Shown here: positions 31,614 through 40,815 of the stretch, piece after piece
Numbering within the stretch: the first letter of the stretch is position 1
Layout: each line of letters starts with the position of its first letter
DNA from: an uncultured bacterium
GTDB lineage: Bacteria > Patescibacteriota > Minisyncoccia > Phycocordibacterales > GWA1-40-21
Length of the DNA stretch: 64,000 bases
Assembly: GCA_963716205.1 (NCBI GenBank)
Contig: OY970290.1
Coordinates: 584,823-648,822 of the forward strand
Reading direction: 5' to 3'
Program-made: the position numbers and the translations under genes
The notes under the pieces: generated by a model
What the model saw: the letters and a program-made list of their open reading frames with translations, nothing else
What the model was told of the DNA's origin: nothing
Database searches by the model: none

Positions 31614-32017
31614 GGGGATGATCGGCCTAGACAATTGACCAATTATCCGTGCGGCAAAGTGGAGCAACCTTGTGAACTCCTAAATCTATCAAGGAAACTG
31701 TAAATGCTAAAAACATTTCTCAAAAAGTAGCGGGCGTTGCATCACCATTTATGGCGACCGTTCCTACTTTCGCTTACGCATTAGCCTAAGCGACATGTCA
31801 CCTGCTGACGTCTGATAGGTAGCGCGATGTGTAATATTTTCAGAATATATTTTATGAGTTCTCGGCGTAAAATGAAATTAGAGAATCGGATTATAAACAT
31901 TTTGTTTATTTCAAGTTTATAATCTTAAATTTGTCTTCGGACAAAAATAAATAAACTAGACTTTGTAGAAGCACTGCTAATAATCATTTGCACGGCGGTT
32001 CGATTCCGCCCATCTCC
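31614..32017 (+). ncRNA. ssrA: tmRNA (ssrA)
   Basis: Begins GGGGAUG and ends ...GGCGGUUCGAUUCCGCC-CAUCUCC-A. The 7-bp acceptor pairs 5' GGGGAUG with 3' CAUCUCC and includes the G3:U70 Ala identity pair. There is an internal ORF ...gct tac gca tta gcc TAA (...FAYALA*). It lies directly after smpB. Confidence 0.75.
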
Positions 32018-32912
32018 ACATACACGCTATTTGAGCCGCGCGATCGATAAAAGGCGACTCTATTCCTGCATATTCACTCGGTTCGAGTCGTGGACTTTCA
32101 GATCGTATACCATTCATTGTTTCGTCAATCAGCAAGAACGGTTTGAGCAATACAGCGCTTAGTTTTTTGTCCTTCAGTGTCCAGTTCGAGACAAAATACT
32201 CGACTATCTTTTTTTGGCTTATAAGGTCTCCTTTTTTAAACCACATCTTGGAATGATGGGCAAAAACAAAGATATTTTTTAGGGAGTCTTCCCAGTTTTC
32301 CTCTCGGCCTTTTGCCTTTTTCATCCACTTTAGGGCCTCGTCCCGTTCCGTTTCCAGTTTCTTTCTCCGGTCCAAATATTCCTTGTCGGTAATTAGTTCA
32401 CGAATTCTCATATCTGTAAGGACCTCTATAGATTTTTGGGCTTTGTCATGAACTCCTTCGAGGTTCCCCATCCTAACCTTAAGGGTTTCATTATCCGTTT
32501 GCCGAATACGTTCAATCCCTTGGCGCACCCAGAATACGAAGCGTTTCGGAATATGAATTCGTTCCAAGAAGTCAGCAATTTGAGCTTTTAGACTTGGAAG
32601 GGTGATCGAAGATTGAGAACACTTGTTCTTGCCCTTCTTATTTGTGCAGTGATAATAGGTGTAGGAACGAGTTTCACCAGTACCCTTGATGAGTTTTGTT
32701 TTTTCTTCCGCCGTAACCATGTAACCGCATTCCCCGCAACGAATGGTTCCCGTGAAAGCGAATTCGTGGGTCTTGGGGCGAGGCTTTCCTTCGCGCCCTA
32801 GAATTTCCTGCACCCAGTCAAATTCATCTTGCGAGACCAGGCGCTTATATTTATGGGGATATGCTTCCCCTTTTCTTTTCATAAGACCGCAATAGAATGG
32901 GTTTGTGAACAT
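31977..32912 (-). pseudogene. large serine recombinase remnant: C-terminal recombinase tail, zinc beta-ribbon and coiled coil only; no resolvase catalytic domain
   Basis: ...NPFYCGLMKRKGEAYPHKYKRLVSQDEFDWVQEIL... then IRCGECGYMVTAEEK...YTYYHCTNKKGKNKC (zinc ribbon) and a coiled coil. The ORF 3' end overlaps the tmRNA 3' end by about 40 nt (stop at 31977, tmRNA ends 32017). No in-frame catalytic domain exists upstream. Confidence 0.5.
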
Positions 32913-32926
32913 CTTATAACGATAAC

Positions 32927-33208
32927 GTGGGGAAAGAAAAGAAGAACGATTTGGTATATGAATATGATCTTCGATACATGCTATCAACCCGAGAAGGCAT
33001 GTTAGCCCGAGATTTGGCTGAAGGATTAAACGACAAAAAAAGTCTCCGTTTTTACTTCTCGATGGCCTTGGAACACTCAGAGAAATATTTGAGAGAAATC
33101 TACCGCAAGACCATGGAGACACCAGAACATAAGATTAAAAAATCTCGTGGAGCACTCTTTTCTTACCTCATAAAAAAGTATGAACACTTTGACACTATTG
33201 ACTATTGA
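32927..33208 (+). CDS. hypothetical protein
   Basis: 93 aa ORF. It occupies the position where the recombinase N-terminus would be, on the other strand. Confidence 0.25.
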   Translation: MGKEKKNDLVYEYDLRYMLSTREGMLARDLAEGLNDKKSLRFYFSMALEHSEKYLREIYRKTMETPEHKIKKSRGALFSYLIKKYEHFDTIDY

Positions 33209-33647
33209 TCCAGGTGCTAGATTCTGGGGAGTCTCTGTTTTTCACGGGAGAAACTTCAACATCTCCTTTATAAAGAAGCTTTCTACAAAAGCTTCTCCTA
33301 GAAACAGACTCTGCAAGACCAGGAGGTTATTTCTCACCCTTTGCAAGAAGTATGGTCCCGACATCCTCATCATTGAAAAACCCTATAAATTCTGGGAAAA
33401 GCAATCCCAATATCTAGGAAGGATCATTGGAGAGATAAAACGGCTTGCTAGGAAGGAGCGAATAAAAGTGATCGAGTATTCTCCTAGAACTGTCCGGAAA
33501 GTGGTCTGTAATGATAAAAATGCAACTAAAGAGGGTATAGATGATGCCGTCTGTAGGTTCTATCCAGAGTTAAAGACGTACCTAAATGAGAGCCGAAACT
33601 ACAATGACAAATATTGGGGTCGCATGAAAGTCTTGTGGAACAACTAA
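33180..33647 (+). CDS. RuvC-like Holliday-junction resolvase (phage/mobile-element type)
   Basis: 155 aa. LLTIDPGARFWGVSVF matches the RuvC motif (I)LGIDPG..G. ...ILIIEKPY... carries the catalytic Glu, and ...VIEYSPRTVRKVVCNDKNATKEGIDDAV resembles the RuvC helix region. Confidence 0.55.
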   Translation: MNTLTLLTIDPGARFWGVSVFHGRNFNISFIKKLSTKASPRNRLCKTRRLFLTLCKKYGPDILIIEKPYKFWEKQSQYLGRIIGEIKRLARKERIKVIEYSPRTVRKVVCNDKNATKEGIDDAVCRFYPELKTYLNESRNYNDKYWGRMKVLWNN

Positions 33648-33994
33648 TGATTGAACAACGACTTGGCGAAGGTCAAGGCTTGGACGGGTGTTTAAATGTT
33701 TACAACAAACTAATAGATTTAGATGATTTATCAACAGCTTTAATTTTCGATTACATCATGGCCGACGAAGTTAATCACGTGGAACGTGGAAATTATTGGA
33801 TTAGATATCTGCTTAAAGGAAATGAGGTAGCAATACAATCCTTGGAAGCGCGAACACGTATAAAATTATTGAAATTGGGTTTGGATCTTTCCGTTCCAAT
33901 TCCAGTGAACGTTCGCGGGCGTCGTCTCGCCGGGTTCACTGATGAAGAAATCAGTAAATGCCAAACAGCGGAATTTGACACCCAACAATATTGA
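33647..33994 (+). CDS. hypothetical protein, translationally coupled to the RuvC-like gene (TAATG overlap)
   Basis: 115 aa, ...IMADEVNHVERGNYWIRYLL... Confidence 0.3.
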   Translation: MIEQRLGEGQGLDGCLNVYNKLIDLDDLSTALIFDYIMADEVNHVERGNYWIRYLLKGNEVAIQSLEARTRIKLLKLGLDLSVPIPVNVRGRRLAGFTDEEISKCQTAEFDTQQY

Positions 33995-34064
33995 CAAAAG
34001 ATCGAATTTAACAATAATACTTTTATTACTAATTATTTTAAAATAAACAGAAGGGGTAAAAAAA

Positions 34065-34238
34065 TGAAAGCTAAATCTTCCGCGGTGAAAAAAAAAGTTA
34101 ATCCTTCCAACTTAAAGTTCTTAACTCATGTTTCTAAATTGACGAAAGCATTACAGTCAAACAATCGTGAAGCAGAAAAAATAATTAAGCAATTAAAAGC
34201 CCTTCGTCCCTTCCCCATGCCAAGCACCTGGTAGTCAA
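34065..34238 (+). CDS. small hypothetical protein with strong RBS
   Basis: 57 aa (MKAKSSAVKKKVNPSNLKFLTHVSKLTKALQSNNREAEKIIKQLKALRPFPMPSTW), preceded by AAGGGG 7 nt upstream. It is below the ORF-track length cutoff. Confidence 0.25.
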
Positions 34239-34297
34239 GGACTGTTTGCCCCAGGACTTCGACAATAGGCCTTCCCAAAATTTTAGGTGGTGAACAA

Positions 34298-35026
34298 TTA
34301 TTCTTTTTCAAGAATAGCAACGTAGGAAGAACCTGCAGAAGTTAAAATATTTTTTATTTTCCAACCGGTTCCTTTCACAATATTTTTCATTTCGTTTTTT
34401 GAAACTAATAGGTAATTAAACCAATCACCGATATAGTTTTCGAATCGGACTCGTATTCGAAGTTGGCCTGCCATTCGTCCCCTCCTTTTGTTCAATTTAA
34501 GATATGACAAATGTGCGGAATTACTTGTTTTATATGGGTCATTGCTTTCAGCAATAATAAAAGCTTCTGGTTTAGTGATTTTATAAATGGCTTTTAATAA
34601 GGATTTAGCTTTTTTAAAACTCCCAAACAAACCAAAGTTGTTGCCGTACATGACAATCGTATCAAATGAATTTCTTTGGAGAGTATGAATCTTTTCAATT
34701 GGAAGAACCTGCGTTTTTGTTATGCCCCTTGCTTTGCATACTTTAATTGCGAGAGGTGAGTTATCTATCGCTGTGACATCGAGACCTTTTCTTTGAAGAT
34801 ATAGCGCAACTCTTCCCGCGCCGGTGCCCACATCAAGAATTCTTCCCTTGGCAAATACTATTGCTTTCTTCTGTTGAGTTGGCCAGTTTTTAAAATCTTG
34901 AAAATACGCTGGAGAACCCGTTGATAATCCAACATAACCATCATCTCGTTCGATGAGTTCGTAAGACTTTTTTCTTTTGAAATAAGCCCATATTTCTTGC
35001 CCATATGCATCTTTATCAAAATTCAT
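34298..35026 (-). CDS. class I SAM-dependent methyltransferase
   Basis: Motif I ILDVGTGAGRVALYL, plus acidic post-I and motif II. Confidence 0.7.
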   Translation of the reverse strand: MNFDKDAYGQEIWAYFKRKKSYELIERDDGYVGLSTGSPAYFQDFKNWPTQQKKAIVFAKGRILDVGTGAGRVALYLQRKGLDVTAIDNSPLAIKVCKARGITKTQVLPIEKIHTLQRNSFDTIVMYGNNFGLFGSFKKAKSLLKAIYKITKPEAFIIAESNDPYKTSNSAHLSYLKLNKRRGRMAGQLRIRVRFENYIGDWFNYLLVSKNEMKNIVKGTGWKIKNILTSAGSSYVAILEKE

Positions 35027-35376
35027 TATAAAAAAATATTATGAGGTCTGGTGTACTTGTTATTAAGCACCGCTCTCGTTAGCCGAATTGTACCTTTGTA
35101 ATGCCAGAATTGCAAATTCCTAACTGGTCACATTTAGTGCAATAATTATTATAAAAAAAACATCGGCATTCATTAAAATTGGGCAAAACAAGGTCCGTTC
35201 CAAAGTTATATATTTTTAAGTATTGTTCTTTCCATAATTTTTTTGTTTGAAACGAAACTAAATATTATGATGAAGTTCATTATGTAAAATAAAAAAGGAG
35301 GGCAATCTTATGGCAACTCTCAAAAAAGAAGTCATCGTTGGCTGTTATTGAAAATCCATCTTGAAAGGTGTCCGCC

Positions 35377-35862
35377 GTGAGAATCAAATATCTTGTTTTG
35401 GTTATTATTCTGTCAGTTTCAAACGCATTTGCTCAAGACGGTAATTCACAGGACGTTATTTATTTAAAAAATGGTCGCGTGGTAAAAGGAACGATTGTTG
35501 AAAAATCGCCCGGAGGGAAACTTACAATTCGGACTTGGAGTGGATACAAGTTCACTTATAAAAAATCGGAGATTAGTAAGATTGAAAAAGAAGAAACAGG
35601 GAAGGATGAAGAGCAGGCAGATCAAAACGAGTCAAAGCCAACCACTAAAAATCGGGGCCATGTAATCGATAATTTATACGGCGATTCAAAGTATTTTATC
35701 CAGGTTTCCCGGCACATTCAGAAATTCAGTTACTTGACTCCACCACCACCTACTCCCGTACCGCCGGTGTCACCGATTTGTTTCGATTTGGAGATAACAA
35801 TTCCCTTGGAGTTAAACTTTATTGTCGCGGATTGGGTATCTACTCCTGACCCGATGCCATAA
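35377..35862 (+). CDS. hypothetical secreted protein with Pro-rich tail
   Basis: Signal peptide MRIKYLVLVIILSVSNAFA. The C-terminal 40 aa overlap the convergent lipoprotein gene. Confidence 0.35.
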   Translation: MRIKYLVLVIILSVSNAFAQDGNSQDVIYLKNGRVVKGTIVEKSPGGKLTIRTWSGYKFTYKKSEISKIEKEETGKDEEQADQNESKPTTKNRGHVIDNLYGDSKYFIQVSRHIQKFSYLTPPPPTPVPPVSPICFDLEITIPLELNFIVADWVSTPDPMP

Positions 35863-36098
35863 ATTCCACTAGAAACCTTCGTAAATGAATAAATGAAACT
35901 CGATGTTCCATCTTCATTTTCCAATTCTTGATTGGGTGAACCGAGTAGCTCCACTACATCTTCCTTAGTACTTACACCTTTTTTGATTTGTGAATACGCA
36001 CTTTGGTCGATCTGATGGCCCAAAGTAGTTACGCACCCCGTTATAAGACTGCTTGCAAAAGAAAAAATTAGCGAACACAGAATAAATCTCCGTAACAT
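35730..36098 (-). CDS. lipoprotein, SmpA/OmlA (BamE)-like domain with Gly-rich tail
   Basis: MLRRFILCSLIFSFASSLITGC lipobox, then ...SKEDVVELLGSPN... Confidence 0.4.
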   Translation of the reverse strand: MLRRFILCSLIFSFASSLITGCVTTLGHQIDQSAYSQIKKGVSTKEDVVELLGSPNQELENEDGTSSFIYSFTKVSSGIYGIGSGVDTQSATIKFNSKGIVISKSKQIGDTGGTGVGGGGVK

Positions 36099-36258
36099 TA
36101 TTCGTCTCCTTTTCGAAGTTATATAAACCAAAGTTCTCAATTAAGAACCTTCAAGGACAAAAAGGGGCCTAAATATGTTCTTTTTTGAGAACCTTAATAT
36201 AGCAATAAAGTTCTTAGTTGAGAACGTTTATTTTCGTATTGATTTTAATAATGGGGGC

Positions 36259-36465
36259 ATGTCAATACATGCGAAACGAGTCTCGAAAAACCTGAGGAAA
36301 ATGATTGTTGATAGTGGTATGAGCGCAGAAAAAATTGCTCAAGGGGCAGGCATTTCTAAATCACAGATTTCCTACTACTTGAATAGCACTCGAACACCTA
36401 CCATTCAAACCTTAGAGAAAATATCGGATTTCCTGAAGCGGGATTTTCAGGATTTTTTCAGATAA
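36259..36465 (+). CDS. XRE-family helix-turn-helix transcriptional regulator
   Basis: MSAEKIAQGAGISKSQISYYLNSTRTPTIQTLEKISDFL, an HTH_3 pattern. It is convergent with the restriction-modification operon. Confidence 0.5.
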   Translation: MSIHAKRVSKNLRKMIVDSGMSAEKIAQGAGISKSQISYYLNSTRTPTIQTLEKISDFLKRDFQDFFR

Positions 36466-36472
36466 TAGAAGT

Positions 36473-37429
36473 TCAGTGTTTCGAATATGGCCCTAAGAAT
36501 CGGGTTCCATTGAAGTGAATCATGTGGGAAGGATTTTCCGCAACCCATACTTCGGTTTCCCACGCAATCACGGAGAGGTATTTCGTCATTATTGATTTCG
36601 TCGGGAACGCAGTCACAAACACGAGTCCTGCCGTGCAGCCTGAAAACATTTTCTTGAGTTCTTCATGCCGCTTGGCATCCATCGGTCCATGACTTGTTAC
36701 CGACTCCACGAGGACCAGCCAGTTTTTATCAGGATAATAAATTACAACATCAGGCATTTTCCCGTGGGAATCAACAGTAACACCGAGCTTCGCCAATGAC
36801 TTTTCATCAAAAGATGCCCACTTCTTACCAGTATCACCCACATAGACAACTTGAGCGCCGGGGACGAAACGAGAACCAAACTCTTCCACGATAGCCTTGA
36901 TAAGCTGGCTATGTTCCCCAGGACTTAGTTTGATCTCATTACCAGGAGTAATCTTTAAGGCTACTTGTTTCAAATCACGTTCTGCCGCATATTTTTTCGC
37001 CAACTCTGTTTTTATCAAAAGGTATTCTTTAACCTTTTTACTCCACCGCGAAGTGCCGTAACTTTTTACTAACTCAAACGCTTCCGGGGAAATCTGATAT
37101 ACCGCTTTGGGGCTATTTACCGAACGTTCAGGTTCATCGGGGTTATACATAGCAAGTCCAGCTTGGACAAATTGATGGATAGTAAAACGACGAAATGTCT
37201 CTCTGCTGTTGGGAGCATATTTTTTTCCATATGCCTTCAAACTAAAGTCCATCATGGGCGTAATGCCCATGAGTGGCGTAGATGCGTCCTTCCACTCCGT
37301 AGTTTTCTTTAGATTGAGCAAAGCCAAAAGGCAAAGTGCCGACCGCTCATTTATCTGTTCTTTCGGCATTCCAACTTCAGTGAGGATCTTTAACGCATCT
37401 TCGATATGTTCGTGTTGTTTTTTGTTCAT
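36473..37429 (-). CDS. type II restriction endonuclease (PstI/BsuBI-family-like, inferred)
   Basis: 318 aa. Its start overlaps the stop of the upstream DNA methyltransferase by 4 nt (ATGA). The size and N-terminal wHTH-like region fit the BsuBI/PstI family. The assignment rests mainly on context. Confidence 0.45.
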   Translation of the reverse strand: MNKKQHEHIEDALKILTEVGMPKEQINERSALCLLALLNLKKTTEWKDASTPLMGITPMMDFSLKAYGKKYAPNSRETFRRFTIHQFVQAGLAMYNPDEPERSVNSPKAVYQISPEAFELVKSYGTSRWSKKVKEYLLIKTELAKKYAAERDLKQVALKITPGNEIKLSPGEHSQLIKAIVEEFGSRFVPGAQVVYVGDTGKKWASFDEKSLAKLGVTVDSHGKMPDVVIYYPDKNWLVLVESVTSHGPMDAKRHEELKKMFSGCTAGLVFVTAFPTKSIMTKYLSVIAWETEVWVAENPSHMIHFNGTRFLGPYSKH

Positions 37430-38904
37430 TGGATTGATTTTACCATTTTATCAACATCTCCCTGATTAGCAGTTCTATTCGATTTTGCCATTTTGCCGAG
37501 AACTCTGAGCGCTTCAATCGGTGGATATTTCAAAGAGCGAAGATCGGTCGCATTTACTTGCGTATGTCCGTTGAATTCCCTGAAATATTTGTCAACACCA
37601 GATGAGTTCAAATACATCGTTAGACCCCGCGCTACATTTTCTTCAAGGCCTGTTTTCTTAATGTGAAAAACATTTAGATGGTTTTCAAAACCAAGTCTTT
37701 TGGCTTTAATTTCTTTGGGCGAAAGAAGAGCTGCGCTTATACGCTTTTTCTCCTCTTTGGAAGAAAACCTTTTTACCAAAACATAAAACCCTTTTGGAAA
37801 AAGCATTTTTTTCGTTTCATCGTCTAGTGAGATGGCATTAGATTTTCGGATCTCTTTTTTGGGCCATTTCACTGAGTTACCATCAAAGTGCGCTGGATAC
37901 AATAGTGGAGCATCACCTTTTAAAGGCATTTTGTGAAGATTGTCTTTTATACGAAAATCAACCACCGGCCCCGTCGATACTTCTATACCAATTTCTTTGA
38001 GACTACATTTGTCAGTATTCGAGTTTTCCAATGAATTCTTTTTGATTTCAGTAGGAATATGGATGAACGATTCCTCATCCAACGGATTAAGGATTTGTCC
38101 AATATCACATTTGAATTGTTTCAAGTCTGAAAATGAAGAGTCGGAAGATATTGAAATTAAAACTTCTTTTGAAATCCGTCCTTTAACCAAATGGAAAATA
38201 ACGTTTTCTTGAAGAACTCCGTCATCCTTGAATGCCCGTTTCCTTGAATCAAATAAATGAATAGTTTTAATCGCCGTTTTCTTAAGTAAAGATTTTCGAA
38301 ACGATCTGTAGTAAGGGCCGTTGCAAAAACTTCGAGGAATGATAACTACTAATTCGCCACCTTTCGCCATTTTATTTACTGCCACTTCTACGAAGGCAGA
38401 ATAAAGATTCACTGTCTCTATTCCCATTGTTCGAAGCATTTCTCTATGTTCAGAATCACTGTGAATTTTCTTGTAAGGAGGGTTTAGGATCGCATGAGTA
38501 TAGTTTGGTGATTCTGATTTCCATGAATTTCTTACCGCATCAACAATGAAATCATCGTTGTAAATTCGATATTCAAAACGACCATTGGATTTGTTCTTTT
38601 GAAAACTGTTAAAATTATTTTTGAGATACGCCGCTAAGTCGTTGTCTATTTCAAATGCATCAACATATATTTTGGGCTTTAGTCTCTTAAGAGAACTCCA
38701 TCTTTCAAGAAAAGCGAATGTTAAGGAACCGATACCTGCACCCGCATCAAGTAATTTGATTTCCCTATTGGTAAACTTGGAAAAAAGTGACGCCATGAAT
38801 GCGCCCACAGGAGCAGGTGTCATAAACTGACCAAGTGCCGACTTTACCACCGGGTCAAGTGCCTTAGAAACCTCTTGCCTTTTTTGGTCAACTATTTGGA
38901 GCAT
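37426..38904 (-). CDS. N6-adenine DNA methyltransferase, gamma class (M.PstI/BsuBI/Eco57I-like)
   Basis: Motif I LDAGAGIGSLT precedes motif IV NPPY (AILNPPYKKI), and a large C-terminal target recognition domain follows. Confidence 0.75.
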   Translation of the reverse strand: MLQIVDQKRQEVSKALDPVVKSALGQFMTPAPVGAFMASLFSKFTNREIKLLDAGAGIGSLTFAFLERWSSLKRLKPKIYVDAFEIDNDLAAYLKNNFNSFQKNKSNGRFEYRIYNDDFIVDAVRNSWKSESPNYTHAILNPPYKKIHSDSEHREMLRTMGIETVNLYSAFVEVAVNKMAKGGELVVIIPRSFCNGPYYRSFRKSLLKKTAIKTIHLFDSRKRAFKDDGVLQENVIFHLVKGRISKEVLISISSDSSFSDLKQFKCDIGQILNPLDEESFIHIPTEIKKNSLENSNTDKCSLKEIGIEVSTGPVVDFRIKDNLHKMPLKGDAPLLYPAHFDGNSVKWPKKEIRKSNAISLDDETKKMLFPKGFYVLVKRFSSKEEKKRISAALLSPKEIKAKRLGFENHLNVFHIKKTGLEENVARGLTMYLNSSGVDKYFREFNGHTQVNATDLRSLKYPPIEALRVLGKMAKSNRTANQGDVDKMVKSIQ

Positions 38905-39114
38905 TTGTTCTCATTTTTCTTAATTCTAATAATCATTACTTTATGCAGTTACCACAAGCGCAGATTAAGTATACATCTGTTTACCAAAATTCAAAATCTC
39001 ATTTCCAGAAGACTGACTCGATAATCCGACTTCAAAAACTCTTTGAATTCTTTCATCTCTCCTAGCCCTTTATTTTAGGTAATATACAATATAAGTTATG
39101 GCAGACTATCGAAT

Positions 39115-40627
39115 ATGACGATTCCAAATTACATCACGCCAATCACGAAGATCCACTCTACTTTCAAAGAAGCCAAAGGTTTTTTTGATACGTATGGGGG
39201 TATATCGATCTTTGATGACGAGCCGAGACTCGATGTTGTAGCTCTCACGCAAGGAAAGCGCAATCTCGTGGTAGGCGAGCCCGGTGTCGGTAAAAGCCTG
39301 TTGCTTCAGGTCGTCAAAGAACATCTTGATCAAGAGAAATATGCCACTGCCATCATTAGCCTTCGTGATCCAGATGCAATTAAACAAATAGACGAATTTT
39401 TGAATTCTCCTTTCCAAACCCAAAAAACCTTACTACTTGATGCACTCGATGAAGTTAAGGCGAACTTATTTCCATCGCTACTCCAAAAAATCGAAGACAT
39501 TTCTGCTAAATATCCGGACATTTCGATTTTTCTCTCCTGTAGGTGGGTATTCATCAGTCGATATACAAATTCATTTCCCGCATTTCGCTTCATCACAATT
39601 TCTCCTTTTACCCGCAGACAAGTAAAAATGTATCTCATTGGGTCTCCAATTTTTTGGTGATCCAACAGTCATTGACGAATTGCCCGATCTCACTAATTCG
39701 GAAGAACTGATACTCACAAGCCAATATAAGCGGTGGGAAGAAGAACAATCCAAAACTGCATCAAATAACACGGAAGAAACTGCTGAAGAGCTTTTGAAAG
39801 AATTTCGTACTTTACTTGAACCCGAACCGGGAAAATTTAAAACTAATGTGTTTCAATTCTACAATAGACATTCGAATGAAATTACTTCACGACTTACAGA
39901 TAATGATCGCGAGCGAATTATAAATCTTCTTTCAAATACAGTTTTTAAATTCATGGACCCAGGCCAATACGGTATCACAATCACTTCAGAAAAAAACGGT
40001 TCACACACTTTCACCGTAGCTGACACGATACATATTTTTGGTGATGCAATCGTGACCGCGGAACACATCGGAATGAACATAACTCCCTTTCGACAACAAA
40101 TTCTCAATTTCATACCGTTTACATTTGGAGATAATCTGACCACCATCTTTAATTTGGTGAAAAACATTCGGCCCGAAGAAATGACACCCATTATTGAAGT
40201 TTATCGAAAACGTCATTCAGATTTGTGGCGGCATAACCCCCATAGTTTTGTTAAAGCTGTGGAGCAGTATCACATCTCAGAAGCCATACCTGTTTTGAAA
40301 ACCTTGATATTTGAATCAAAATGGGAAATGCAAGTTAGAAATGCCGCCTTACCAGTGATCGATTCCCTTGCACCAGATATAGATTTTCTTAGACAAGTCG
40401 TCGCAAGGTACAAAGATAGTACAGATAACGAAGAGAAAAAATTAGCAGACATCGCGAATGGTTTGCTCATTACTAACTATGCTGATGCTGACGCAGTGCA
40501 TTGGCGTTTAAAAAAAATCGTTGAGCGAGCAGCCGCCTTCATTAAGCCGAGAGGACCGCACGCGCATATGGTAGGCGGCTTGGAGGAAGAAATTTCATTT
40601 GGAAAGACATTTGCAAAACCGTTATAG
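39115..40627 (+). pseudogene. STAND/NACHT-like P-loop NTPase, split by a +1 frameshift in a T6 run (39650-39655) into a 181-aa NTPase part and a 329-aa C-terminal part
   Basis: Walker A VVGEPGVGKSLLL, Walker B LLLDALDEV, and a sensor-like SCR. ORF1 ends ...IGSPIFW*. ORF2 continues in the +1 frame from a TTG. Deleting one T fuses them into a protein of about 510 aa. Confidence 0.45.
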
Positions 40628-40815
40628 ATAATGCTGGAGCTAAAAACATGATCGGCATCAAAGAAGCTTTCCAAAACATAAAAGGTGTATGGGTTTTGTC
40701 GTTTAACTGCCACGATAGTGTGACAGCCCAAAAGAAGAAAAAGGTCCTAAAAACAAAAAAACGAGCTGACCATACCGGTCAGCGTAGAAAGAAGTAGCAT
40801 ATTCGAGTGTAGATA

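Noticed and set aside
31977-33122. Full 381-aa reading of the serine recombinase-like ORF from its first ATG
   Set aside because: The first 70 codons have no recombinase similarity and overlap a plus-strand ORF. They also still lack the catalytic domain, so I kept only the homologous part and called it a remnant.
39638-40627. Possibility that the 329-aa plus ORF is only an antisense shadow of the missing RT 3' half
   Set aside because: All minus-strand frames across this span are broken into fragments of 110 aa or less without RT motifs 3-7. The plus ORF also continues an NTPase domain across a single-base shift in a T6 run.
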